A stretch of 57,152 nt of DNA, the filler included, from Porpidia crustulata (Eukaryota): assembly GCA_964255105.1 (NCBI GenBank). It is 7 parts of 7 records of this genome, joined end to end, with 100 filler letters (N's around TTAATTAATTAA, not from the genome) between each part and the next. Parts side by side here need not be neighbours in the genome. Positions count along the whole stretch, not along the records: positions 32,725 to 40,801 come from CAXUWE010001176.1; positions 40,902 to 48,977 come from CAXUWE010001177.1; positions 49,078 to 57,152 come from CAXUWE010001178.1; 4 more parts are not named here. One strand, written 5' to 3'. A model generated the notes under the pieces. It was not told the origin of the DNA. It saw nothing but the letters and a program-made list of their open reading frames with translations, and ran no database searches. Below, piece by piece: positions 38,569-52,000 of this stretch. Within the stretch, counting starts at the first letter, position 1, and each line of letters opens with the position of its first letter. A program made the translations under genes and the position numbers.

Positions 38569-40424
38569 ATGGAGACCACCTTCATCTCAATTCACGGTAC
38601 GTATTTGTTATATGCATTGTGCTCGATTAAATCGAATTTTACTCACCTCTTGAGTATCAGATCTTTCGCTTGATGCTCGATTATTATACGTCTCCTCCTC
38701 GATTGTTGATATTCTGGGTTGGACACCCCGAGAAGTGGTCGGAAAGTCATGTTGGGAGTACTTCCATCCAGATGAGATCCCCTTTGCAAGAGCCATACAC
38801 GGTCGTGGAGTACAATTAGACAAAGCAGCGGTGCTCAATTACTGTCAAATAAAGAACAGAGACGGTCGATGGGTGGGATGCGAATGTGTATTCACTATTG
38901 TACACGATGTTCTTGTTGCAAGTACAAGTATCTATCGAAGTGGGATGAAGAGCCAGAGTATGCCCCCCTTGTGCCTTGTAAGACATTAATTGGCTGCTGA
39001 CCTCGACGTAAGAGCGAGCGACTGAAGCTCCAATCATACGGCAACTGTTCTCATCGTCACCAAGAGACCCAAGATATCATATGCTTTCATACATTTCGCA
39101 CAAGTTTCAGGAGGATTTGAAGCCATTATCTCATGAGCCGAGAGCGGCATTGTTTCTTAATCGTTTCACGCGAACCTTGACCATTATGTACGCCACGAAC
39201 GGCTTGACAGATGTCCTAGGAATATCGGCAGAAGAACTTAACGGTAAAAGTTTTTATTACTGCATACAGGAAAATTGCTTGCGCGAGGCTGTCAGATGCT
39301 TGGAGAGTGCAAAAGCAAATGACTCGATTGCCTATCTCCGCTTCTGGTTCCGTGACCCTCGACAAGATGACCAGATGGTCGCTGAAGAAACAGAAAATGG
39401 CCACAGCAGTGGTGATGAAGACGATGGTGGTGTCCACCTTGATGACGGCATGATCTCCAGCAGAAACGGCGTGGTCGAGAGTTCAAGTGAACAAGCGGTC
39501 ATGAGCGACTCATCCATGTCGCGAGTGGCGTCTATGGAGCACGGTTCGAATGGTAATATTTCTGCTGGCCAAGTGTCGAGTCGTTCCAACGATGCTCATT
39601 CTTTGAACGCGAACTCGCGAACGTCGTCGGATAATAGTGCCGACATGGATGTGCACGCTACTGATGTACTGTTTGACCCTCCCGTCACCGCAAGATCCTC
39701 ATCCTCATCTCTTTCCTATGAGACGATGGAGGGAGAACGAGGAAACGGGCGTCCACTGCCGCCTCAGATCGAACTTGAAGCCGTCGTGTCCTGCACGTCT
39801 GATGGTTTAGTGGTTATCCTTCGCCAGGCCAAACCATTTGTACCCCACGTTGCACCACCATCTTCAACAGAGTCTGTTGTACACTCCTACGCCAATGGAT
39901 TCTTTGCTTCTCCATGGGCCACTGATCCCATTCTTCCAAACCCTCAACAGCGACCTCAGAACGAGATGCCAAATGCCTTTCAACCGGCTCAAGCCCCGAT
40001 CCACCCTACCGCTGCTCAGGCAAATACCGCTGCAGCACAAGGTCCAACCTCGGAAATGTTCATGAACACGATTCGAGAGGTTGCCGTCTTTGCATGGTCT
40101 TTGACTGGTATCAACGGCTCTTTGGCTCAATATGGCCGCGGAAGGCCGACTGGCGAATCGTTGCCGCCCGGTGGCCTACCCATATGGGAGCCAGACGCGA
40201 ACGCAGGCCTTGAGATCCAGCGTCTCAACGGCATCGACAATATATTGCACCGCACGACCGAGCATCAATACCCTGGCTATGGTCCCAGTCGGCATACTCA
40301 CATTGACGATTATGGCCATACCGTTGGCAATAGCAACACGCGATTTCAATACCAACACGGCTTTCCTTGGAACCAAATATACCCCAGCCAGTATGACCCG
40401 AGCAAGCGTGCTCGCGGCCAGTAG
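38569..40424 (+). CDS. Two-PAS-domain protein with no recognisable output domain, 3 coding exons
   Basis: METTFISIH|DLSLDARLLYVSSSIVDILGW..FHPDE (PAS 1); EPRAALFLNRFTRTLTIMYAT..GKSFYYCI..ELEAVVSCTSDGLVVILR (PAS 2 with an S/D-rich insert); introns 38597..38660 and 38958..39012. Confidence 0.85.
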
Positions 40425-40801
40425 GCATCATGATTTTCGGCGATCGGAGAGGCCCGGGGTGGAGGCTTCGGTAAACTTCTGTATACATATAATGTTTTGC
40501 GATCCTGGAACAGGCAGGACTCGGCACTTCGGAACGACTTTGATGGAGATGAGAGAGAGCGCGCGCGCGCTTGGAACAAAAGTTTTCGTTCCAACCGTTC
40601 TCCCAGGGGAGGTTCGCGTCATGAAGTCATGCATGGCACGGAGGTGGCGGGCGTTTTTCCAGTGTCGTTCTCGAGCTTTCTAATTACAAACCGGCATACC
40701 CGAAGCTTGTGATAAATCTAGCAAGCGCTATTTATTTCTCTGACCCCTCCGCTGCAGTATGAGCGGAGGAGGAGTAGGCAGCTGCTGCTGGAGCGTAATT
40801 T

Positions 40802-40901
40802 NNNNNNNNNNNNNNNNNNNNNNNNNNNNNNNNNNNNNNNNNNNNTTAATTAATTAANNNNNNNNNNNNNNNNNNNNNNNNNNNNNNNNNNNNNNNNNNN
40901 N
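40802..40901. other. Artificial contig linker
   Basis: N44-TTAATTAATTAA-N44. Confidence 0.99.
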
Positions 40902-41883
40902 GTTCAGAGGGGGAGGGGAATAGGAATGGAAAGATACCGTCTAAGAATTCTAGAGGCAGATCGACATTTACCCCTGGTTGCCCTGGGTTTCCGAATATTT
41001 GTTGTGCCACGTTGCTTGAGGGTATATCTTCGATCATGGCTTTACATGCGTTTTGGCCGGGAGCGGTACCTGGAGAGGCATCCACACATGTCACTGCTGG
41101 GCTTTCCGACTTTACAACTGCTGATAGGTGGCCGAGGTTCCCTGATCAGGGTACAGAATTATCATTAGCTTGCATTTCCTATATCGCGATCCTCGGCATT
41201 TAGCTCAACGAGAGGAGACCAAATCGAGTCTGGGAGGAGTGGAGATGGTCTAGTTACCAACGCCCGTTGCGATTCCCCCGACTCCGTTGGCCATAATAAC
41301 GCAACTCACTAGAAGCGATGCGATATCCCCGCCCACCTCAAGCCCTTTAGCATGATCTTCAGATGCAGTAGCACCATGGGCTATATCCACGTCAATGGAG
41401 CAGAGGCCATCCACTAAAACCACGCCCGTCAACAACGTCCTACAATCTTGGGGGTTACCAATTTCATCAAATCACCAAGAGACCACAATGGCAGTGTGGA
41501 AGCGAGGAAGTTGAGGGTGACCCACGGCTGATGACTCTGAACGGTAGCGTGACATCGTAAGGACCCATTCCTCGCCGACCGAAGCTTAATGGATTCATGC
41601 TATGGAGCCATGGAATCTGATGCAGCGCGTCTTCGCAGCTTTCATAGCGAACATAGCCGTATAGGGTAGGGTTACATCGTGAGACGACGCCGTTCGAAGC
41701 AGGATAGGTGACATTGGTGGCGTTAGTGGGGGCCTTCGTCGACACTGACGGGTGGACGAGCGGGAGAGAAAACGCAGAGGGGTTTGCGTGTCCGGTACTT
41801 TGGGAAGAAGGAAGACTCAGGGCAGTCCTGGTGAAGAGCAAGTAGGATGAAGAGACAATGAAGGAGATAGACGGAGAAAGCAT
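40902..41883 (-). CDS. Putative secreted Cys-containing protein built from tandem modules of about 120 aa; 3' truncated
   Basis: Hydrophobic N-terminus MLSPSISFIVSSSYLLFTRTALSLP; N-glycosylation sequons NAT and NVT; phase-1 introns 41525..41414 and 41257..41142, next donor at 40937; module C-x12/13-C..IP..FG..V.LP repeated. Confidence 0.75.
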
Positions 41884-43634
41884 AGCCAATACGCTGACAG
41901 CAAGAGGGTCGAGTGTCTTGAAGATAAGGATCGCGGAGGGTAGAAAGAAGTATAGTACCTATTATGCCCGAAGTTTAGTATTACAGTTGCAAGGAAACAG
42001 ATCTCGGAGTATAACATCCCACGCTTGAAGGTTTTCAGTCATCCATAGCTTTAAGCGCTCCTTCTAGCTCTCGCGTCAAGGTATGGTGATGCGCAGTACG
42101 CGACCCGTGGACTTATGACGGCTCCCTGCCTTTGTATCTGCTTCTAATCAAGTAAGAGGAAGAGAAGTACTGTGCCCGCTTATAGTAAAGCCTGGCCTTT
42201 AATTGTGCTATTTTCGAATTTAGATATCGATAGAGAATCGGCTAAGAAGAGGGAATCCGCGCAAAGCATGCTATTTACAGCCATTAGAGATATACACAAA
42301 CCACAAAGTAGTGAATGAATAGTCTGTCGAAAATTGATTAATTGTGCTGGATGGAAGTTCGTTTTTTTCGAAAGCTGGCGTGAAGGAGAATTGCTGAGTG
42401 CAAGCTCAACGAAGTGAGAGAAATTGCAGGACAACCACCAAGTGACGAAGAAGATGCTTGCGGTCAGTACTCTAAAGCTGAGATGAAAGCGTTCCGGAGA
42501 TGAGAGAGTAAGAAAAGCCATGCCGAACACCCAGACTAGTGAAAGGGTTACTTCTCAACCGCAAGTGTCATGTCCGAATCGATGGAGTCTCCGAAGACTA
42601 ATCTTTAAGCCATGAGCATTGGCTACTGATGCAACTGAAGTATATGCTATATCGAAGATGATAGTGCTAGGACCACTAGATGACAAGGCGTACGAGGAAG
42701 AAGGTTGCTCTACAGACTGTGCGTGATACTCATATGTGTTGCACTACTTGGCAACTGGCAACAGGAGCGGCCAAAACACCACAGCTACCCGGCACTCAGC
42801 TCAAGTACAAAGACTTTCAAAACTTCGTACCTCTTTTTTTTCTTTAGTCGACTTTACTTGTAAGCCACCCACCCTCAACTTCTCAAACGATTGTGTATCA
42901 CTAACACAAACCTACCCACCCACAGCATAGAATCAATTCTATAGTAAACGTCCTCTTCTGAGCTCCTTACCAGAGCCACAGAATCTCCAACCTGGCTGAT
43001 GACTTTTATATCCTCGACGCCCAAGAGTGAAACCTTTATACTCTCGCAATCACACCCTTTGTGCTGATCTGGTGGAGCCTTCGGGTCAAGCTGGAAAGGT
43101 ATCTTGGGAGAGAGTGGTGATGATCTCGACCCTGTTCTCGGCGTCTGGCTTCGGTCGGCTGAGCTGGGTGGGTGTTGATGGAAGTCTGACAGGTTCCCTA
43201 ATCATATCTATGAGGCAGTACGCTGGATCATGGGCATGCCGGAGAGAAGGGATCATTTTTGTACGATGAGAAGAATAGCTCATAGTAGTGTATTAGTTCA
43301 CGTATACAGCATGAAACACTTAGATGTGTTTATGACTCCATATGTCGATGAAAATCGCAAATTCAATATATAATTCAGAAATTCTTCGCTGTGCACATGA
43401 TTAATTATCTGTCCGCTCAAGGCACATGCCAAATAGGACAATAGATTCAGATTGATTGTGTGAAATTTCTTAAGTACTACCTGATTTAGTCCTAGTCCGT
43501 CATGCTTCCTTTAGCGTAGGACAGACATTAAAAACACTACTGATGGCTTCAATAGTTCATGGAGTTTGGTTTGAGAATGCTTGATATATTGTCGTACAAC
43601 TACAGTGACTCTCCAAAACCGCCTTTGTGATCAT

Positions 43635-44802
43635 CTACTTGCTAGTGTCCACAACGTATCGGCCGGCAATCTTACCCTCGTGCATCAGATCGTACACCTT
43701 CTGGAGTTCGCTCATACCAATGGTCTTGAAGGGAGAGTTGATGAGACCGCGGCGGAAGAATTCAATGGCCTCGGAGGTGTCCTTACGGTTTCCAACGTAT
43801 GAACCCTTGATGGTCTTCATGCCAATGACGGTCTCGAAAACTGGGGCACGGAGGTAGGCTCCAGCTGGTAGACCGATAGCAACGACGGTACCACGGGGCC
43901 GGACGTACTAATGAAGATTAGCAGAGTCTAAGGAGCGAACGATTTATGTGCATTGGACATACCTCAGCGGCCTGTTGGAATGGCTTCTCGTTGACAGCGA
44001 CCAAAATGACTGCGTGAGGTCCGGTGCCGTCCTCTGTAGCAGCCTGTACATCCTTGACAACGTTTGACGATTTGGCGAAGTCGACAAAGTGTTCGGCACC
44101 AAGCTTGTGGACCATCTCCTTCTTCTCATCCCCGGTATCAATGGCGATGACTCGGAGACCCATGGCTTTTGCGTATTGGCAGGCAAGGGAACCGAGACCT
44201 CCTCCAGCACCGACGATGGCAACGGTTTGGCCTGGGCGGGCGCCCGATTCCTTCAATCCCTTGTAAACGGTGATACCGGCACAGAGCACTGGGGCAATGG
44301 CGTCAAGTGGGACTTCTTTGGGTATTCTTGCAACGTGGGCAGCCTTTGCGATACAGTACTGTTGAAATGTGCCGTCAACGGTGTAGCCACTGAGCAACGC
44401 TTTTCCGCAAAGAGGCTCGTCGCCCGTTTGACAAAAGTCACAGGCTAAGCAAGAACCATTCAACCACTACACACACAAGTCAGGTCCACTTTCGCCATGG
44501 TTTGCTGAAAGGGAGTTCACCTTGACACCAGCGTGGTCGCCAATCTGAACGTCCTCGACGAGCTCACCACGAGCCACGACGACACCAGCACCCTCATGTC
44601 CGCCGACGAGGGGAAGCTTAGTGGCTAGCGGCCAGTCTCCATTGACGGCGTGGAGATCAGTGTGGCAGACACCGGAATACTTGATGTTGACGAGGACTTC
44701 ATCGGGTCCGGGCTTTTGGACTGGGATTTGCTTGTATTCAACGGGTCCTCCTGTCTTCTCAATGACTTGTGCCCATTGCTTCTCGGGAATCTTTTGTGAC
44801 AT
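43635..44802 (-). CDS. ADH1: Zinc-dependent alcohol dehydrogenase I, 3 exons
   Basis: GVCHTD, GHEGAG, C-x2-C-x2-C-x7-C structural Zn site, [16 protein letters not shown]; introns after GVK and after QAAE. Confidence 0.95.
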
Positions 44803-47800
44803 GGTGATTAATGGAAAGGCGCGATGATATTTATTTGGAGATTGGTTTGTTGGTTTTTATGGTTCGTAGGTTGAGTGTTGTTGCTGACTGTGGATGTAAA
44901 GCAAGGTTCTCGAGGTACGTCTGAATTGGAGAAGAGATGGCAGATGAAGGGTTTATGGAGGCGAAGTCAACAACGAATTGGCTCGGACCAATGCACGAAT
45001 TGCAAACTCGACCCCACAAATAAACGATGAGGGGCCATGATCATGATCCTCAGGGCTAGTATCGCAAGACTTTGGTCTTACAGGGCAAACATGGAGGTCT
45101 TGAGTGTCCGCTGCACCGAAGTCAGCGTTCGCTAGAGGAAACAGCACCTTGACGGTACAGATATACCTCCAACTCGTACTGCGAGAGCCCATCTAGCATC
45201 GAGTTGTGAGAAGGCTACAAGTAGTGCGCAAATGGATTGGACGAGTAAACAAACAGACAAATGGAGGGGAATCGAGATCTGGAAGCTACTGGTCATTGCC
45301 CCGCAGTTATCTATCTAGCTCCAGTCGAGAAGCCTTTTTGGAGTGTGGCAGGTATGTTTGACTGCTAATGGGTCCATGAAATCTACGACCCGCTACCGTC
45401 TTGTCAGGCCGACTGTATCTGGAAATCTCTGTACCACAAGTTTTATTTCCGTTCTGTTGTGTACTCTAGATCGAGAGTGAAATTGCGGGGTATGGTATTC
45501 GCGCCACTTCAGGGTCTTCGCAACAAGACGAGGACCAGTCTGTGACGGCTTATACGGACGAGCGCAAGAGTCAAATACATCTAGAGATCGTGGCTTCACA
45601 AGTCAGACTCTCCACACTAGACCCGCATCAGCTCCATGTCGAACGGCCCCTTAAAACCATTTATCAGGGTCTTGTCCTTCTCTAGCCTTTCAGATCATTA
45701 AAACCTAAGTACTACAACGTACACATTCAAAGATGGATATCCTTTCAAGCGAGTTTGAATCTGCCGGCGTAATCCCGATGGCTTGTACAACATTAACAGA
45801 TGAGATACGATTTGTCAGGCCCCCGTATTCCTATATGCATCTCCGATCAAAATCTAGGGGATCTCTCGAGCTCCAACCTTTAGGTGAAATATCGAGCTGT
45901 AGTATCAAAAGGGTTTACGAGTAGTGCCCAGAAGACCGACTCCTATTCCCAGCGTAGATTTCTACAGCTGGGACCGTATAAAAGACACAAGATCTGGAAC
46001 AGCAACGACGTCGCCAGTATATAAGTAGGGAAAATTGCGCTTTAGGAGCTGGGACTCTGGATATCTCACTATCGGGACATGACAATGGAAGATAGACACT
46101 ATGATAGTTCATACTCTAGGAACGATTGTTCTTGACGGAGAATGGTGGCCATGCGTTGTTGATCGACTAGGACTTTCCGAGGCCGTACAGACTCTCCTGA
46201 TAGAAATCGGAACACCCGTGTACAAAGTTATCATGCACCGAAATGTGGTCGCCAAATTCTTTCGACGCCCTCTTTCGACGTCCGCTTCCACTCTCCATTG
46301 TGACCATAGATTGGCTGTTTGCAAGGCAAAATTAATGCTATATCTGATAGCTGTTCGGACATCATCAGAACTCAAAGGCTGTTTTCTATAGCCTTTCTAC
46401 AGGATCGACCGGTTCGTGGTGTTAATTGTGAAAGGTTCTTTGCCTACTGCAACCAAAGCAAATCCTACTACATTTACTGGAAAAAACTTAGGTGGACCTT
46501 CAAACGAAACTCTTGCTACATACACCGACACGTTCACTGCTTCACGTGGATTTTATCACACAAAAAAAAGTGAATGCCCACAACGCTGGACCGCGGAACA
46601 TGAATCAGGTGGACGACGGGCAAGTCGGTATGCATTCCATATTGGAGAAACGATCTGGAGAAACTGGCCACCCATCGATGATATATACTTGTACATTGTA
46701 GATTCTATCCCTCGACATTGCTACTGGTGAGCCCGAGACTTCTCTATATCTTCTCGCGCACAAGTTCCGTCTTGCAGATTAGTCTATTGTCCATGAAGCT
46801 CCGGTGATTCCAACCCATCCTCATACGCTGTCGCTTCACCACTTCTTCATTGTTTTGCAAATGAGTTACCTCAGAAAGACCTTAACTCTCTTGGTCATGA
46901 GCTTCTCATTGTCCTTTGTCGCTCCACAGATGTATTCGGATCGATGAATTTGGGTAGTAGCTTTACCGATTCCTGATCAAAATGTAATTCCTTTCTACTA
47001 ATTCCTTGGTTTCCCGTGCTCCAACAGCGCCTTTGCTACTTATGGACCTCCACGCAGCTGGAATATATGGATGACCTCGCGACGATCGACGTTGCAGTCG
47101 TTTGAATCAAACCGAGGGCCAAGATGTAGCTTGTTATCTTACTAAAAATCGATACACTTGTCTAATTTATGCAATATTCAGACTCTGATCTCATTCAGAA
47201 TTGCGCTTTAATGTTTCGTTTCATCTACTATCCATTGTCCAACCAGTGACAACGGTTGGCCAAAAAGGGTCCAAGAGTCCAGTATCAGTGCACAGCGAAT
47301 GCTATAGGTCAATGAAGCATACTTAAGGGTCACCCCCTGCAGCCTCCGAAATCACTATTTTCAGCTAATTTCATTTTTGGTTTTTCTGTTTATTCATATT
47401 TCATTTCTGTGTTTCTCTCTGCTTGATCATGACTCTGTAAACTTCATCGTTTGAGCCTTGTCATCGTCCGAAATCTGATATCATGATATATTGTCTTTTT
47501 TCCTCAACCTGGTATTGACATATCCAAATCAATGGTCACGCCATCCATCTACTCGCCACAAATTGAGCGGCATTCCAACACGAAACGGACTCCGGAGAAG
47601 AATCTGACGAAGATACGAACAGCACCGAAGCAATTAAGCGAAAGATTCCTAACGAATGAACAAAGTCCTAGGAAATCGAACAACGTTGGTCTCAATTTAT
47701 GCTACTGAACCATCGATCACAGGGTGCAATTCATGAGAATGTAAGAAGCTGAATTGCTGAGTAGAGCAGAAACATCTATTTATACCCTGAAACCGAATGT

Positions 47801-48060
47801 CCTTCCTTTCCGGGCAGCCAAAGGAAGGAGTTCCGGAACGCCCCGTAAGGCTAGGCCAAAGGTCAACCACCGACCTAAGCATCCAGACTGTGAAACAATG
47901 AGCTTTCCGGACATTAAAAATCTGCCTGACTGCCTGAGTATCGAAGACTGCAATTACTTGAATATCAACTTCTTCCTCATGTCGTATGGCCATTGTTATA
48001 TCCGGTACGATACGGGCTCAATAATTTCGATCCCGCAGAAACTTGCCCGAAGTGCTCAGC

Positions 48061-48977
48061 ATGTCTTCGAAAGATCAAATAAACACACTTGGCATCAATG
48101 ATTGTAGGTTTCCAATGCAAATGCTGAAGGAAGCTTCTAACCTGCGTAGTGGAGATTGGTGCTACTGAAGCCATCCAGAGGCACATCCACAGACATGTGG
48201 TACCCCCAAAGCCGGTCTCTCAACGGAAACTCGACTTCGAGCATTCCAGGTAGGAACTGCTCATCGCCCAAGATGAAGTTAGTGCTAACCCAGGTATAGA
48301 CCGCGCTGGCTGAGAGAATGTATGGCTGAAGCTACTGGAGTGTTTTTCTATGTGTACGTTTGTTCGCAGGAGCAGAACCACGGCGCCCTGACAGCTTTGG
48401 TAGCTTGCCAGGTATATCTGCAGTCGCCTCATTCACAATCAACGGAGCCAACCCGATTGGTACATCAGCGTTTGGTTCCATCTTCACCATCGGCTGGGCA
48501 TTTGCCATTGGTATCGCATTCGCCATCATTACTTGTGCCTCGACTTCTGGAGGACATTTCAATCCCGCCGTCACATTGTGTTTTGCCATCTGGCAAGGCT
48601 TTCCGTGGAAGAAAGTGCCCCAATACATTCTTTCCCAGATCCTTGGAGCCTTTATCGCAGGTCTTGTCTTGATGGGAATGTACTGGCCGGAGATTCAGGC
48701 ATTCAAGGCCGTTACGCTCAGGGAGAACAAGCCCTTAGTTGCTAATGGAGGTCCTGCCAGTATCCTATGCGCGTTTCCCAACCCGAATCAGACGTCAGCT
48801 CAGCCATAGCGTGTTGATGAGGCATCATACTGACCACGCATCTAGAAATCTCGGCTACTTGTTTATGACCGAATTCTTCGTCGACAGCTACATCGTAAGG
48901 CTCCCTGACATGTAAAGCACACTCCTTACTGACCCTTACTTAGGCCGTCGTCATCTGGGCTTGCCTCGACCCCGCCA
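48061..48977 (+). CDS. MIP channel, aquaglyceroporin-type; 3' truncated
   Basis: ATG 48061; spliced RPRWLRECMAEATGVFFYV; SGGHFNPAVT (first NPA); GFPWKKVP; EFFVDSYI; IWACLDPA; five short introns. Confidence 0.9.
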
Positions 48978-49077
48978 NNNNNNNNNNNNNNNNNNNNNNN
49001 NNNNNNNNNNNNNNNNNNNNNTTAATTAATTAANNNNNNNNNNNNNNNNNNNNNNNNNNNNNNNNNNNNNNNNNNNN
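48978..49077. other. Artificial contig linker
   Basis: N44-TTAATTAATTAA-N44. Confidence 0.99.
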
Positions 49078-52000
49078 CTATGGTAATCGAGCGGCCAATG
49101 CTATTGTACGCTTTGCTCAACCCTTCATCTATGGCTCTCGCCCATCAAGCGCCGATGGCAACAGACCCGCCGACAGTAAATCGTCTCTCGAGAGATTAGG
49201 GTTACAGAGTAGCTCTGGGTGAGATTATAGCTTCATCAGCACTGCTATGCCAGGTGCGTAACTAATAGCTGTCCAGTCCCTTACCTTCCAAGAGCATTTC
49301 CCACAGAACAGGGATCCCCATAGCTGCTCTAGACATTTCCCCATACAAAACACATGCTATCCTTGCGGGACGCGATATATTAAAAACCGTCCAAATATCC
49401 GGGTCTACCTGCGCGGAGGATTTTAACCTGCGATCTGAAATTATCGCATATGCCTCCACTCATAATGCATCCCAAGGGACAATCTCGGCGAGACACAAGG
49501 ATCAATTGGCCGCCAATGACGTTAAGTGGTCCCATGGGAGATTCGAAAGTACTATTGCTACTGCCGCTGCAAATGGCCAAATTGTGGTCTACGATATCAA
49601 CCGGCCAGGGGTGGAACTTGCTCGGTTACACGAGCACAATCGTCAGGTCCACAGGGTGGCTTTCAATCCCCATCAAGGTGCATTGTTACTCTCTGGTAGT
49701 CAAGATGCAACGATTCGGTTGTGGGATCTGCGCGATGTGGCAGGGGACAGAAGTGTGATGACTTGTCGGAGCAGGTACAAATATCCCGGGAACAACGAGG
49801 GTATCCGTGACTTAAAATGGTCGCCAACAAATGGCGTAGAATTCGCAGCTGCTACCGATAACGGAGTCATTCAACGTTGGGATTTTCGGAGAGACAATGC
49901 TCCTTTGCTCAAGATCAACGCCCATGAAAAGACATGTCATTCCATTGACTGGCACCCCGATGGTAAACACCTCGCTAGTGGAGGAGCTGACAAGAATATG
50001 AAGGTCTGGGACTTCTCCTCAACCGATCGCAGAATGAAGTCTTGCTGGCAACTCCGCGCACCCAAGGGTATTCTTAATGTACGCTGGCGTCCTGCCTGCT
50101 GGGTTTCCGGAGAATCGAATATAGGCAGCTGGCAATGTACCCAGCTTGCGACCTCGTACGATCATCAAGATTCACGAATACACGTTTGGGACCTTCGTCG
50201 GCCGTTCATGCCATTTCGCGAGATAGATCGCTACGACACAGCGCCTACAGCGATGCTGTGGCACTCAGAGAATCTACTATGGACGGTAGGTGTCGCAGGC
50301 ATGTTCACGCAGACTGATATGAACTTCGCGCCCAAAGTCTCTGACAGGAGAAGCCTCAATGTCGCCACTACCGCACCGAACGGGCAAATTAGCTTCTTCT
50401 TCGAGAGACGAGGTCGTAGGCGGAGGTCATTTGATTATCTGGTAGAATCCATTGAGCAGAGAAAAAACGAGTCAAGAACCAGTGGTGAAAGACTTGGTGG
50501 TAGTCATAGTGCTGCTGAGGGCAGTCTCGAGGAGCCTAGTCTGCTAAGTTCGTCCTTTAAGAATCGCCATCGTAGACCGCCGAGCACTAGATCGTCTAAA
50601 TCACTGGCAAGTACGCCACCATCTACCAGCACTGGCGGACCGATTGTTAGACTGGACGAAGCTCTGCAGGATCAAAATCTGTACCACCCAACTCAAGTGG
50701 CCGCACACGGCCGTATAGCTGGGCTATTTGACACCTCCGCGTTCATCTTTCTTGCTCGTCATTATAGACTGCCTACACTCTCATTGATGAGACATAAAAC
50801 TTTGACCTCGCCTCGAGATTTGAGCGACATGTTCAAAGCAAACGCAAAGCTGGCGACGTATGCTAGCCGCTATCGTGAAGCACAGAGTTGGAGAATTTTG
50901 AGTTCAGCTGTTGAGAGAGCTTTCAAGAGTGATCTAATCATCTCTCGACCCAACCAAATAATTTCAGTACGCAATCATACTGAACGTCATCCGCATCTGA
51001 GCACAAGAACTCCTACTGTGGTTTTCGGAAGTTCCCCACACAAAAAAGTGCTCGGAGCCATATCGAGCAAAGCCGCAGTACCTTCAACGCTCGACAATTG
51101 GTCCAACATGACTACGCCAATCGCCAGGCCAGTTTCCGATCCTTCGATACAGACGGGTGCGCCGCAAAACATATATGCCTTAGGCGAAGAAGAATCTCTT
51201 CAATTACCCGGTCCAGCTTGGGACAAGCGACCACAAACTCCTCAAGCTCATGTGAGCTCTGAACTAGGAAAGCTCATGATGTCCAGCTCTGTTGGCGAAA
51301 AAGCCCATGGCGATGAGAAAAGTATTGATGACCTTGACAAGGTCCGGCAAAATACCCAGCGTGCTCACGCACCCGTAGGCTCTTCGTCTCCACTATTAGG
51401 CTTTCCAGATATTGAGGCTACAACCATGGCGCGTCGAGCTGCCATTGATAATTACAGGGCAAAGCCGCGAACCTTAGTACAACTCGATCAGCCGATCCAA
51501 TCTTTGTCAGGCAACCTCCTTGCACCAAGGCTTGATCGTCATGACTCAAATGAGAGTTTCCAAAATGCTCAGATGTTTTCGGTATCGGAAGGCAGTTCAC
51601 TTCAAGTAGATTCCACACCAGGTTCTTTCGACGTGACTAACTCCTTTGAAAGTGTTGAAGAACCCCCAAGATCTGATTCTATGTCTGATTTCTATTCCGA
51701 TACGCGAGAACATGACTACGATTCCCAAGAATTAATCTTAAAGTCAGAAGCTGACCATAAAGGTGGCTTTTCTCGGGGCAGAGTGACTCCAAACTTACTA
51801 CCTAGCAGTTCGCACACCAAGTCGCCCGCCAGTGCAAACACGTATATCTGCTCAGATCCGGATCTAGAGGTATTGTTCTCCACAAGTGCCATCAGCCCAC
51901 CTATCCTCCGCCCATCCGATCCGAAGCCACCAATCATCAATTATGAAGACACCCAGTATCGCCAAAATACTACCGAATCTAAAGCCAGGAATGAGGTAGA

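Noticed and set aside
40746..40769. 8-bp hairpin cctccgct/agcggagg as a terminator
   Set aside because: Eukaryotic Pol II context, no U-tract, and a stem this short is expected by chance
43550..43650. Cryptic peroxisomal ADH isoform by readthrough or alternative splicing after ...DTSK
   Set aside because: The stop is TAG ATG rather than TGA CTA, and neither readthrough nor the splice options I tried end in an SKL-like tripeptide
8129..49033. TTAATTAATTAA recurring about every 8.18 kb as a biological repeat or CRISPR-like array
   Set aside because: Always centred in N44 padding; a standard six-frame-stop linker, and the periodicity comes from length-sorted contigs
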